This document shows, in pieces, positions 23,427 to 35,631 of a stretch of 44,624 bases of DNA; positions within the stretch are counted from its first letter, which is position 1, and each line of letters opens with the position of its first letter. A program made the position numbers and the translations under genes. Source of the stretch: Vicugna vicugna. Taxonomy: Eukaryota. The stretch lies in NCBI GenBank assembly GCA_013265495.1, contig MU058844.1, positions 4,159,895-4,204,518 of the forward strand. Direction: 5' to 3'. The notes beneath the pieces were generated by a model. The model saw only the letters and a program-made list of their open reading frames with translations. It was not told the DNA's origin and made no database searches.

Positions 23427-23597
23427 CCTAGTCACTGTTGGATAAGCGAGATGGTGGCACAGTTGTCAGTCAGCTTGACTGATCTTCTGGACAAGTTTTC
23501 AAATATTTCTGAAGGCTTGAGTAATTATTCCATCATAGACAAACTTGTGAAAATAGTCGATGACCTTGTGGAGTGCATGGAAGAACACTCATTTGAG
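23427..23597 (+). CDS. KITLG: KITLG exon 4 (residues 65-121)
   Basis: Acceptor ttgcAG, donor GTAACC at 23598; 171 nt; [57 protein letters not shown], contained in ORF 23421..23639. Confidence 0.98.
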
Positions 23598-24092
23598 GTA
23601 ACCTTGTATTCATTGGCATTACTTTTTACTATTCTCTAAAACCTGTGCTGATTGGTGGTGGCAGGGGTGGAGGGAGTATATTTCTGAGATTTTTAATTTA
23701 TCAGTTTTTAATTTAAAAATATTTTAAGATGAGCACAAAAAATAAGTGTCTGTAGTTATACCACTGTACTGAAATATCCACTGAGACAATTAAATGTTGT
23801 CACTTAATATAAAAATAAAATTTATTTGCAGTACAATGTAAAGACAACCTTGACTTGATCTATATTTCATAGGTGAGTAATGGTACCATCACCTGCCTAT
23901 TAGGTACAAATGTTAATTTACCTTTAAATGAAAATTGTCTATAGTGAACACTTATACTTGACCTCTTATCCACAGTAATTACATTACAATAATGAAGTAC
24001 ATTTTAACATTTTCAAGTCACTTGATGATTCGTTGTTACCACCGTCAGAATATGGGCATGGCAGTGCTTTGGGTCCTAAGCATATTGAAGAG

Positions 24093-24310
24093 GCAGTGTA
24101 TCCCTGGAGGTTAAGAATGAGGTGTTGGAGTTCAAATCCTGGCTGCATTAGAGATTAGCTTTATCAGCTTAACCCCTCTATGCTCACTTTCTTTGTGCCT
24201 AAAATGGGTACAATGAGAGGCTTCGTCGCACAGAGTTGACATTAGATGATTCGTGACGAGTACTTTAGCCCTGAACCTGGCAAAATAAGTGTTAAGAAGT
24301 ATTTTTATTA
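24093..24310 (+). mobile_element. MIR SINE
   Basis: ggttaagaatg...gttcaaatcctggctg...cttaacccctctatgctcactttctt...taaaatggg...cctggcaaaataagtgtt. Confidence 0.7.
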
Positions 24311-24553
24311 TTTTATATACTATGCTTATAATAAAATAGGTCTTAGGACACCTACTTCGGCATAGAGTTCACAAGCCAAGGTTTAACCTACAGGCCTCCT
24401 AGAAGTTTAAACCTAAGGTTTTAAACATGATTCTGTGCAGGAATACTCAAATACGCTCTCCCCATCCAAATGCCAGTTACTCTTTAAGACCCAGCATCAG
24501 TTCTTGTTGTGCTCGCCAGTCTCAGAATTCTCATCACGCCAATAACCTAATCA

Positions 24554-24640
24554 CTGTATTTCATCACTTCTACTGCTTTACTTTCTAAGTTCTGAATCAG
24601 AATGTATCTTACAATCAATGACATCTTAGAGTTAACATCT
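24554..24640. mobile_element. MER104-like (Tc2) MITE remnant
   Basis: ctgtatttcatc...ctgaatcagaatgtatcttacaatcaatgacatcttaga. Confidence 0.5.
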
Positions 24641-25054
24641 TTTTTATATCATATTAGTACAACTAGAGTGCTAATGGCATTGGTAAGAAGTAGAGGTCAC
24701 AAAAAGCAGGGGATATCAGACAAGGTGTCATGGAGGGAAAAACGTACCCACTGGGGCCTGAAAGGTGAGTTAGGTGTTCAGTAAACGGCAATGTCAGGAA
24801 GAGGATTCCAGTTACTGAAGAACATACGTTTACTAATCATGGCACTTTGGCTGGAACCCAGGAGATTTCATCCCAGGTGGTACTTCGCAGTTGTTTTAAG
24901 TTAATCTTGAGTTACTATACATTACTCACTCAGAGTAGTGCCTAGTTAAGTGCTACATAGGTGTTAACGCTTATTATTACCTACTTTTCTTTATAGATAA
25001 TCCTGTATTTCTGAATTCCTAAAATATAGCTTTGATTTGTTTTAGAGACTTAAT

Positions 25055-25425
25055 GGAAAATTTTTTATTCTTTTGTGACTTGCTTCTTTCACTCACCATT
25101 ATGTTTATAAGATATATCCATGTTGATGCATATAGCTGTAGATAATTTTTTTATTAATAGTGCATTCTACTGATTCAATATACCCTAGTTATTAAACCAA
25201 TCTCCTGTTGATTGATGTAAGAACTTTTTTATGTGCTTCCCAGTGCATTTGTGCATGGGCTTCCCTTCCCAGGTATTTACCTAGGAGTGGGATTTCTGGG
25301 TCACAGGATGGGCACATGTCCAATTTTACTAGGTAATATCAAATATGCCAATTTATGCCATTCCACCAGAAAGAGATCCTTCTGTTCAATGTTTCTGCCA
25401 GTATTATACTTCTTAATTCTTGGTA
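25055..25425 (-). mobile_element. Ancient L1 (L1ME-like) fragment
   Basis: gtgacttgcttctttcactcaccattatgttt...atccatgttgatgcatatagctgta...acctaggagtgggatttctgggtcacagg...ttccaccag. Confidence 0.7.
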
Positions 25426-25791
25426 ATTATTTGGAGCACATGTTATGGAGGGGTATTTTTTTTTAATGAGGAATAATAATTTTAATGAGCATCTCTAAAG
25501 AACAGTGTCTGTAATTTGTTGTTAGGATTATTTCATTTTTATGGCATTGTATTCACCTTACTCATCCCCCGCCACCACCCTCTTCCTTTTATCTGGAGTT
25601 GAGCCCCAGACTGAACTGGATGGGATCACCTACCCTGAAGTACCAGTTTGAATTATGTATGTTAAAACAGTTGTCTAAAAATGTTAGTTTCACTTGGATC
25701 TTTGAAGGATGTATTTATAGTCTGTTACCTTGAAATCAGTTAAATCTATAGATTATTTGAAAAATATAATCCTGGTTTTTTCTTCTTCCAG

Positions 25792-25951
25792 AATGTAAAA
25801 AAATCATCTAAGAGCCCAGAACCCAGGCTGTTTACTCCTGAAAAATTCTTTGGAATTTTTAATAGATCCATTGATGCCTTCAAGGACTTGGAGATGGCGG
25901 CATCTAAAACTAGTGAATGTGTGATTTCTTCAACATTAAGTCCTGAAAAAG
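25792..25951 (+). CDS. KITLG: KITLG exon 5 (residues 122-174)
   Basis: Acceptor ttccAG at 25790-25791, donor GTAAGA at 25952; 160 nt; [53 protein letters not shown] plus 1 nt. Confidence 0.98.
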
Positions 25952-26652
25952 GTAAGATATATAAGCATTTCTATTATAAATGTAAAAAGCAAGCTTGACT
26001 TTTACATGTGTAGGTAAGAATCTACCTCTGACTCAAATATATGTGTAGCTAGAGAAAGATGTATGTGTGTATGTCTGATATAAAAGCAAATATTAGTGAC
26101 ATGAAAGAAATGAACAGTTGTAGATTTGGTGGTGTCCAAGCCAAAACACTCATCATTTTCAAATTATAGGATTGTGCATGAGTAAACAATGTATGACATA
26201 GTCACTCCTATTTTTGTCTAATATTTGCTAGTAGTGTACAGTTATATTATTTTTCACCTCCAGTCTTCTTAATGTCCCCTTCTCAGATCTTTTCCTTAGG
26301 AGTCTAACTCTGAGTCGTGAATTCTGATGTCCACCAGTTACCCTGTACAGACTTTCACCCTCATTGTTCCTATACTACAAAATTTTTAATTTCATTAACT
26401 TTTTTTTTGTTTGAAAAAACAACCAGTTGCCAATAATTTGTGTTACTTACATTTTTAGCATGTGTAGGCAGTAAATCTTTGTTCTATAAGGTGACTGTGG
26501 TGAATTTCTTAATAAATAGAATAGCAGGACCCAGTATGAAATAAATAGGATCTGGATAATCTAGATTTGGAAAGTGGACCTGGAAAGTACTCTGGTATTG
26601 CACTTCACTTTTGAGGGCTCTGTAATTTATGTAAATCGCCATGCAACACTGA

Positions 26653-26778
<126 letters not shown>

Positions 26779-26781
26779 TAA

Positions 26782-26823
26782 TGCATGCATGGCTCCAGTT
26801 AGCATCTGTAGGAGTATTGCATG
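26782..26823 (+). promoter_or_regulatory. Cluster of three TGCATG (RBFOX) intronic splicing elements downstream of exon 6
   Basis: TGCATG at 26782, 26786 (overlapping) and 26818, i.e. +24, +28 and +60 from the cassette exon end. Confidence 0.75.
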
Positions 26824-28362
26824 GGCTTTAAAGGAAATTTCTACAATCATTACTATAAATACTGTTCTCTTGCTATTCTTCCTGTTACGGTCTTCCTGAG
26901 AATTAAATATTAGTTTTGTACCATTGGGTTTCCCTATAGCTAGTGATAATGTTTAGAGAATTGGGGCAATAAATACTCTGCTAAGATTATTTTAAATAAG
27001 ACATGAAATTGCTTTTAGACATATGATTTAAGTCATTTTCATTGTTGACTTAAAATATATCTCACATGGAATTTGCCAGACAAAAGTGGAATTTTAAAAT
27101 GGAAAGTACAAATGTTGTTGTATAAAATTCCAAGGATATCTTCTGTTTTGTATATATTGGTATTTACTGTTGTGTGTTTGGAAATTTGGTGATTTTGTTA
27201 TTTTACTACAAAATCATATGTTGGGGAGAGTATGCTTCTTTTTCCGAAATTTCCGTCCTCCTTGGTGAAGAACCCAGTTTCATGGACATCTATGTCCTCT
27301 TTTCAAATGAGAGGTATAAATTTCCTTGTAAGGAGCATTAGCGGTATTCCACGTTTTTTCTGACCTGTTGTATTTCCATTATCATTTCTTCAAAATATTT
27401 TTAATTCTCCTTGTGATTTCTTCTCTGATTCACCGGTGATATAAAAATGGGTTCTTTTTTGTCTAAAAATAAGTGGTTTTTCTAGGTATCTTGTTATTGG
27501 TTTTTAAATTAATTCCATTACTGTCAGAGAATAAACACTGTAAACTTCTGAAATTGACCGAGGCTTATTTTATAAGTATTATTCTAGTATAGAGTTTAGC
27601 ATTCTTAAATTTGATCCAAGAGATTTATTGTATTCTTCAGATCTTCTATATCCTTATTAAACTTTTTGTCTAATTTTTTTTTATCACCTACTGAGACAAG
27701 GGCATTAAAAATCTTTCCTTTTGATTGTGGATTTGGTTATTTCTCCTTTTTGTTCTGAGATTTTTGCTTCATATATTTTGCAGCTCTATTATTATGTGCT
27801 TATGGTTTTATTATTATTTTGTCTTCCCTGATTAGTTGACCTTCATATCTTACTGAAATACCCCTCATTACCTCTGGTAGCGTTCAGGTCTTGAGGTATA
27901 TTTCATCTGACAGTAGAGCCAGCCTTTCTTACGCTTACTGTTTCCATGCATATCATTTTGCTTCCTTTTACCTATTGCCTTTATTTTAAAAGTACATCTC
28001 TGGGAGACAGGATATAGTTGCGCCTTGCTATTTTACCTAGTCTTTTCCTTAGAGTGTTTCATCCATTTGTATTGAATACAGTTGTTGGGGTATGATTGCA
28101 TGTGGGTCTACCATTTTATTGGCCCCAGTTTTTATTTATCCACTGTTCCTACTTTCCAGCCCTCTTTCGTATTGATTTTTGTTTGTTTTCTATTTTAATT
28201 ACTCTGTTGGCTTTTTAATAGCACCTCTTGCCATTATTTTGTGGTTGCTTTAGGAACTACAACATACATCTTGTAACATTCTGCTTAATGTTGTAGCACT
28301 TCAGAAAAAAATAAGAACTTTGAAACAGGATAGTTCCACTTGCCCACAACCATCTTTTGTGC

Positions 28363-28460
28363 TGTGTGTCATATATATACACATATACATACACACACAG
28401 ACACACAAACACATTTACAATATATCTATGTAGATATATATATACACACACATATATATG
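28363..28460. repeat. Mixed (TA)/(CA) low-complexity microsatellite
   Basis: atatatatacacatatacatacacacacagacacacaaacac...atatatatatacacacacatatatatg. Confidence 0.85.
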
Positions 28461-29289
28461 TAGGTTATAAACCCCACATTTCAATCTGAAAATTATTACT
28501 TTAAACCAAATGTATTCTAAAGAAAATAAGAGTAGAGAAAAATTCTTTTATATTTATCCACATGTTTATTATTTCTTGTTACTATTCATTCCCTCTTGTA
28601 AATCCAAGTTTCTGTCTAGTGTTAATTCCTTTCTGGCTGAAGAACTTCCTTTAGCATTTCTTGTAGTACAGATCTGCTGCCAACAAAAAATGTTTTTATC
28701 CTTTTAATTGAAAAACATCTTTGTCTTCAGTATTGCAGTTACTTTTTACTAGAAATGGAATTCTGGAATTTTTTTTTTAGTTCTTTAAAGATGTCACTCC
28801 GTCTTCTTGCTTCTATTGTTTCTGACAGAAAGGCAGTCAGCATTTGCATTATGTTTTTCTTTTTATGTTCTAGGTCATTTTCTCCCTCTGCCTTTCAAAA
28901 TGTTCTTTTTAGGATTTTAAATAAGATGAGCCTAGGAATGGTTTTCTTGTTGCTTGTCAAGCTTCCTGGATATGCAGGCTTATTTTCCTCAAACTCAGGG
29001 AAAATTTGGCCATAACTTTTTCAAAAATTTTTTCTTAATTCTCATCTCCCACTGAGAGGAATCACACACACATATATAATCACACATATGCCAATTCCAC
29101 ATGTATTGGGTAGTTTGATAATTATCAGTCTCACAGATCATGGAGGTTTTGGTCATTTTGTTTTTTCAACTTTTCTTCTTTCTAGTTTTCAAAATGAATA
29201 TCAATCTACCTGTTTTCAAGTCCCCTGGCTTTTCTGCCATCTCTAATCTGCTGAATTTCTTTTCCAGTAATTATTTTCTTTTGCCATTA

Positions 29290-29534
29290 AACATTTTTAT
29301 TATGACTTTTTTTTAGAGCAGTTTAAGGTTCACAACAAAACTGAGGGGAAGGTACACAGATTTTCTGCATATCCACTGCCCCGACACGTGCATAGCCCCT
29401 CCCATTATCAACATTCCCCACTAGAGTGGTGCATTTGTTACACCTGACGACTCTGCATGGACACATCACCAACACCCAAAGTCCATAGTTTATGTGGGGT
29501 TCGCTCTCGGTGGTGTACGTTCTATGGGTTTGGA
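29290..29534 (-). mobile_element. L1MC1/2-like 3' end nested in the older L1 block
   Basis: tttttagagcagtttaaggttcacaacaaaactgagg...cccattatcaacattcccca...caaagtccatagttta...gttctatgggtttgga; flanking tccagt...ttttc repeats may be a decayed TSD. Confidence 0.8.
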
Positions 29535-31234
29535 TCCAGTGCATTTTTCATTTCTAAGTGTGTGCTTTGTGTTCTAGAATTTCCACTTGATTCTTTTTAT
29601 ATTTTTTATTTTCCTTCTGAGATTTTCCATCTGCATATTCATTATGGCAACATTTGCTTTTTGGGCTCTTGGATATAGTTATAATAGCTGCTCTTAAGTT
29701 CTTATCTCCTAATTTCAATGTATAGGTCATCCCAGCTTGGTTTCTATTAACTGTTTTTTTTTTCCTCTCTGATTATGGGTCCTATTTCCCTTTAGATGGC
29801 TAGTGTGTTTTGAATATATGCTAGATATTTTGAAGATTATGTCACTGAATACCTGGATTTCGTAGCGGAGACTGTTGCTGAGTTTTGTTCTGACAGGCAG
29901 TTCAGTTACTAGCATAGCAGATCAGCTTTGTCCTCCTTCCCAGGCTTGTTTTTAAGATTTATCAGAGGGAAGGGGGTGAGTAGCCTTATTTCTAAATCGT
30001 GGAATTTCTGAGATAGTTCTTGAGTGCCTAGAAAACCCTCTCCATTCTTGACTGTCAGGACGCCTCTGTCTCTGAATAGAATGCTGGGGTCGCTGTTAAA
30101 GTCATCGCCCCTGGGCAGTTTAGTGCCGGGTTTTGTGAGGTCTCTCCCTGTCCTGGTACAGCTTACTTTTCCACCAGTGACTTCGGGAGGCTCCTCCAGA
30201 GACTGCTAGAGCACCTCTTCTGCACACTTCTTTCCTGCAAATAACTCTGCCTCACGAACTCCAGCCCCGGGAGCAACCCTGAACTTCATTCTCTGACTCC
30301 CTAGCTCAGTGAGACCACCGAGCCCTGCTTGGGCTCCGTCTCTCACACTTCAGTCTGAAGGTGCCTCCCAGCCAGAAAATCAGGACAGTCGTGGGCCTCA
30401 GCACATGCGTTTTCCCTCTCAGGGATTACACTCGTGTACTGCCTGTTGGCTGATGTCTAAAAGCAGTTCCCTTGTATAATGTGTCTAGTATAATAATGAG
30501 TTAAATTGGGAAAGCTAATTTGTTATCATCATAGTTGGAAGCAAAAGCCTTTTCTACTTACTTTAAAAGACCAACTGAATATAAAATTCCTTCAGCCCCG
30601 TTCCTCCTGAGTCTGTAGGTGCTTTTTAAATTGCAGTGTGAATGACCAGCTTTCTTTTTTGTCTTCCTTTCTTTTTCCTTCCTTTTTGTAAAAAATATGG
30701 CTCTTGCATAATGAGCAGCTTTTGGCCAGGTGATATCACTCATGAAGACAGCACTTAGATTCCCATGCCCAAAACTAGCTCTTACGAAACGTGCATTTTC
30801 ATAAGAAAACCAGACACAAAAAGTACTCATAGTATTTAATAATATATATCATTTATATTATAATATGTATAATAATAGAAGTAGGTAAATGTTTTTAATT
30901 GTAGCACAAATGAGGTAAGACTTTCTGGGGAGGAGGGTCAGGGAAATTTGATGAAATCATGCTAGTGTTTCAGGGATAAGACCCCAAAAGTGTCCATGTT
31001 GTCCTGAGGACCAGGCACATGGAGTAATCCAGAGATGTGAGTGCCCTCTCTGTAGCTTATAAGATATTATAAAAGCATACAAATTATCCAAAGGGATTTG
31101 TTTTCAAAGTAATAGTAATATCATCTGTACTAAGCTAAAAGGATATTTTTTAAATCTTTAAGTAGAGATCCTTGGAGACAATATATTTAAATGATAGGGA
31201 AGAAAATCCTTACTTTAATGTTACCTTACACGTC

Positions 31235-31455
31235 TTCTAGAAACACGGTCTTGAGTCAGACTGCCTAGGTTTATATCTCAGCTCTAGACTTTGGCTCCCT
31301 GTGTGACTTTGGGCAAGTTACTTAATCTCTCTGGATTCCTCAGTCCAATGGAGGTTGATAATAGCTCTCCTGTAAGTTTTCTGTGAATTTTAAATGAGTT
31401 AGCACAAATGTTCTTGGAGCCTGATATAAATAGTACAGGCTCATCAGTCATTATT
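31235..31455 (+). mobile_element. MIR SINE
   Basis: gagtcagactgcctaggtt...ctgtgtgactttgggcaagttacttaatctctctg...gtgaattttaaatgagtta. Confidence 0.8.
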
Positions 31456-34400
31456 AGAACAATTAAATGCATCGAGGCTGGGTCAGTAATCATGGCAAGC
31501 CTGTGGCAAGCTTTGAATCTGAATCAAGGGGGAGTTGCATGTTTTCTAAGCACCAAGAAGAGAGCCATATTCACAGGCACAGTGCCCATAAGCAGACTCA
31601 CACTATAAAGGAGTTCAGCAAAACTGTTTGTACAGATGTCCAGTATTATTAGTCAAACCATGCAAGTCAGTTTCCACAAGTTTTGGACAGGGGACCGCTT
31701 TCATGATAATGAGATGCAATTAATATGAAAACCACCCATGAATTCTGGATTACTCAAATCCTATCCAGATGAGCTCCCCCACCCCACAGGATTTCTGGGG
31801 CAATCTACATAAAAGCAGAGCTTTGCTACCATCTTGGGCTTTGGACTCAAATACCCTTCATATTAGCCCAGAGGCATACAATTCAAATCTCATTGATCCC
31901 TGGTGGATAACAGCAGTAGCAACTACTGGGAGTCATGCCCTGGAGTATAAGCAAACTTTTTCTGATAACATCGGTTTTCTCTTCCTGGAAGGGGGATGGC
32001 TGTATCACTGGAGAGAACCCAAGGCCTGCCTAGGAAGCCACTTACAGTAACAAGAGAAATAACAAAAGCGAGGTGACACTGACCTCTCTAGGGGGTGAAG
32101 CTCAGTTCCTGTGGTTCTTCCCCCTCCCGCCTGTTCCAAGCCTTGCCCTCCCTCTGCTGCAGAACCGCTGCTGTGTGTTAGATTCCATAACTTTGTTTGG
32201 GGCTATCGTCCAAGGGGTGGAACTTCCAAAGTGGTGGGAAGTCACAGTATCCTGGTAGGGCAAGGTGAGCTTTCTTTAGTCTCTCCTCCAGAATGGCTTT
32301 ATCTGGAACACCTCCCCCAGGGGCTGACCTCCTTTCTGAGAAAGATTTTGCGTGCAGAACCAGAATGCCTCCCTCTGAAGTAAGCTCCTTCTGCTTCTTG
32401 CTGGTGGGTTGGTCTTTCCTCTGGCCTGAAATGGTGCAACTCAAGATTTGGCTTTTGGGTAGAATAGGACAAACAGGGCGTTTGGCTCCTTTGATTCCAG
32501 GGCATCTATCAGCCCAAACATAGATAATGGAGTTCTCCATGGCATCATCCTAGCTCACAACATTTCTATGAGGGTCTGGGGATAGAATGTTAATAGCTTC
32601 CTTTGTTCTCTCTGTATACATTGATCAGGGCCCCTCAAGGAGGTCACTTGGTCAAATCATAATCACATGCCAGCAATCCCAGTAGACAGTGTGGGCCATG
32701 GTGGACTGGCCGTCAAGGAGAATTCAAGCATACTACTAGGGTACAAACACAAAGAGCCAGATTATTTACAGATAGTGGTGTAGACGTTCCTAAAATGGTA
32801 GGACTCGCGTGTAACTCCAAATCCACTTCCTCATAGAAAACTCCTTTATAAATGGTAGTTAAGTCCCAGACAAGCACACATAATCTTATACAACATTATC
32901 CTCAAAACAGCTGTATTACTGTAATAACGGTAGCACTTTAATTGTACCAAATCCCACTTTATAACTCAGGCTTATTTTGGTGATAGTATTCATGTTGAGG
33001 TTTAATTTAAGATGCCTAAAGCCTATCTCCCATGGAGCTGGCTATAAAATGTGGGGTGGGCCAGAAGATCTGTTAGTCTAGCCTCAAGGAAGTGATTTGT
33101 GGTTACATGAATGGATCTTTACTTCTTTACTCAAACCCCCCATCCTATAAGCGTAAGGGTCGCTCATGACTCATCACACCACCCAACACACATACTTGTG
33201 TGAGCACACAACTTCCTCATATTAGAGATTCTTTGGAAACATAGGATAAGGGAATTTCCTGTTCCCAGTTTACAAGTGGTGGGGAAATGGGCAACTCCTG
33301 TTCATACTACAATAGATGAGATTAAATTTCTTAACACTCAGATTAAATCTATGAGTTTATTTTCCCTCATAAATGTTGATACACATACAGTGGTTTTGTT
33401 CTTTTATACTATGTACTTTTCAGGGACTTTTTATCTACTAACTAGGTGACTGTAGACTGATACAGCAACCCAGGAATTGTTGCAAAATATCATAGCCAAA
33501 AACAGTCACTTTCTCTTAGATGTGTTTATATTTTGATCCTATGATTGTTGAAAATGTCTCATTTCTAAATTTATTACATCTTCAAAAGAAAACTGAAGGT
33601 TTAATTCTTACAAGTAGACATGTATGTCAATGTTCTGAAACCACTAAGTTGTTCCTTATAAGGGGACATAGAGAAAAATCTGTCAAAATGTTAAGCTTTG
33701 TGTTGGGAGTAAGAGACCTTTGGGGGAGATACATTCTGTTTAATTCATGAATCATCCTGCTGCTCATGGAATAGCAAAGCAGGGTGAAGGGAATGTCCCA
33801 GGTTAATCTCCAACGTCTCCTCTCTCGCTCAGTTAAGTATGTAGCGTCAGCGTATGCAGACCTGGATGCCTCCATCCATTCTTCAGTGTTTGATGGTCTC
33901 AGGTTTTCCAATGCAGAAAGTCTGAAAATTCAAACCTTTAGTCCATAGCACAGTCCTGGGTACTACCTGGCATCCAATAAATACAAAATGAAGATGTGAT
34001 GGGGAAACACCATAATGCTAAACATGAGGTACCTAAAAAAAAAAATGCAATGTACATACTGTAACTTAATATTTGAGGCAGGACAAACATAGCTTAATGC
34101 ATACAGACCTTGATCTGGGATGCAAAACGTCATCTTTAAATTGTCTTGGCAAGATGTGAAAAGTCAGAAAGTGAAAAGATCCTAGAAGATAGACATAAAA
34201 GGTGGATTTGCTTGATAGTATACATCATTTGCAGGTGTACGCCATCTGTGTTCCGTATGTGTCAATATCAACCAAGTCAAATGCTTTTCTGTCTGGGGGG
34301 TTTCTTTCTTTTCTCAACTTATATCTTTTGGAAACTACATGGACTGGTATTGCAAGCAGAAAAATCAATGTTTTAAATAAATATTCTAAACAGATGGGTC

Positions 34401-34498
34401 AAGAGTACATTATGGAAACAGCTGGGAACAACACAGCATAAGAGCAAAACCTCTGGTACAGATGTGTTGTGTTCACCACTGTGCTGTTTAAATTACAG

Positions 34499-34608
34499 GG
34501 AAGGCCTCCAATTCCATTGACGACTCCAACCTACAATGGGCAGCCATGGCATTGCCAGCATTCTTTTCTCTCATAATTGGGTTTGCTTTTGGAGCCTTAT
34601 ACTGGAAG
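34499..34608 (+). CDS. KITLG: KITLG exon 7: stalk and transmembrane helix
   Basis: Acceptor tacAG, donor GTAAGT at 34609; 110 nt; (R)[36 protein letters not shown]. Confidence 0.98.
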
Positions 34609-34883
34609 GTAAGTGTGGCTGTTCTTTTCCCACCCCCTGAACAAAAGCTTTCTGAACTTTATATATTTATTAGTTAATCATTTATATAAATACAGCATGA
34701 ACAAACAAACTGCCCTTTCCTGAGAAAGGATCCTACCAAGAAAACATTAAGATAGGATATGTTCTACCTTACCTTATAGCCTCAACAGAATGTATGTCTT
34801 AAAAAGGTTTCCCCCATTTCTCATTATGCTTTGGAGACAACCTCTCTAGCTGAGAATGTGCCCACTTAAGAAATGCAAGCTGG

Positions 34884-35130
34884 GAAGGCAGGGGAAGGAT
34901 AAATTAGGAGTTGGGATTAGCATATACATACTACTATATAATACAGATAAACAAGGACCTACTGTATAGCACAGGGAACTATATTCAATATCTTGTAGTA
35001 ACCTATAATGGAAAAGAATCTGAAAAAGAATATATGTGTATATATATATATATGTATAACTGAATCACTTTGTTGTACACCTGAAACTAATGTATACTTC
35101 AATTTTTTAAAAAGGTTGGGGAAAAAAAAA
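34884..35130 (+). mobile_element. 5'-truncated artiodactyl-type L1 3'UTR in intron 7
   Basis: Perfect 16-bp TSD AAGAAATGCAAGCTGG at 34868-34883 and 35131-35146 at a TT|AAGA endonuclease-type site; acaaggacctactgtatagcacagggaactatattcaatatcttgta core; A tail. Confidence 0.95.
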
Positions 35131-35563
35131 AAGAAATGCAAGCTGGTTTTAATAGCCTGAACTAAATATAGAAAGGAAGAAATATGCTGAAAATCATTTG
35201 ATGTGCTTAAAGCTAGACAGAAATGTCATTTGTATTATCTGCTGTCTTGGATTTCTCACTCCTTTGTTCTCTTCCTGTTGAAGCCTGTCTAAAATTTTTT
35301 AATCTGCTGTAAACCATTGCAGCTCAGCTTTTTGAAATATCTTTTTAATTTGATTACTATTTAAATCTTTCAGTTTCTTTTTTACTCTTTCATCTCTCAC
35401 ATCCTAAAAATGTTGAGTTGATATGCATTTTTCATAATTTCATATTGTAAAAATATTTGTAAACCCTGCATGCTGAAGCAAGCATAAAAGTAGGGAACAT
35501 TTACCTCTTAAATATTGTGCTCAGTAGATGTTTTTACAATATATATCATTGTTCTTTTTCCAG

Positions 35564-35631
35564 AAGAAACAACCCAATCTGACAAGGGCAGTTGAAAATA
35601 TACAGATTAATGAAGAGGATAATGAGATAAG
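35564..35631 (+). CDS. KITLG: KITLG exon 8: cytoplasmic tail with acidic cluster
   Basis: Acceptor ttccAG, donor GTATTT at 35632; 68 nt; [22 protein letters not shown] plus 2 nt. Confidence 0.97.

Larger units (their letters stand above)
27290..30545 (-). mobile_element. About 3.2 kb decayed antisense L1M block (ORF2/ORF1-region and 5'-end-like sequence)
   Basis: T-rich antisense L1 motifs throughout (ttaattccatt...gtcagagaata; gattgtggatttg...atttctcctt; gaagaacttcctttagcatttcttgtag; ctagctcagtgagaccacc...ctgcttgggctcc). Confidence 0.75.

Noticed and set aside
32073..32258. SLALPLLQNRCCVLD resembling the retroviral env immunosuppressive motif (SLAEVVLQNRRALD), i.e. a captured env gene
   Set aside because: Spacing to LD is off by one, the downstream GG-C and CX6CC motifs are absent, and the ORF is only 61 aa. 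At most a decayed remnant, probably chance.
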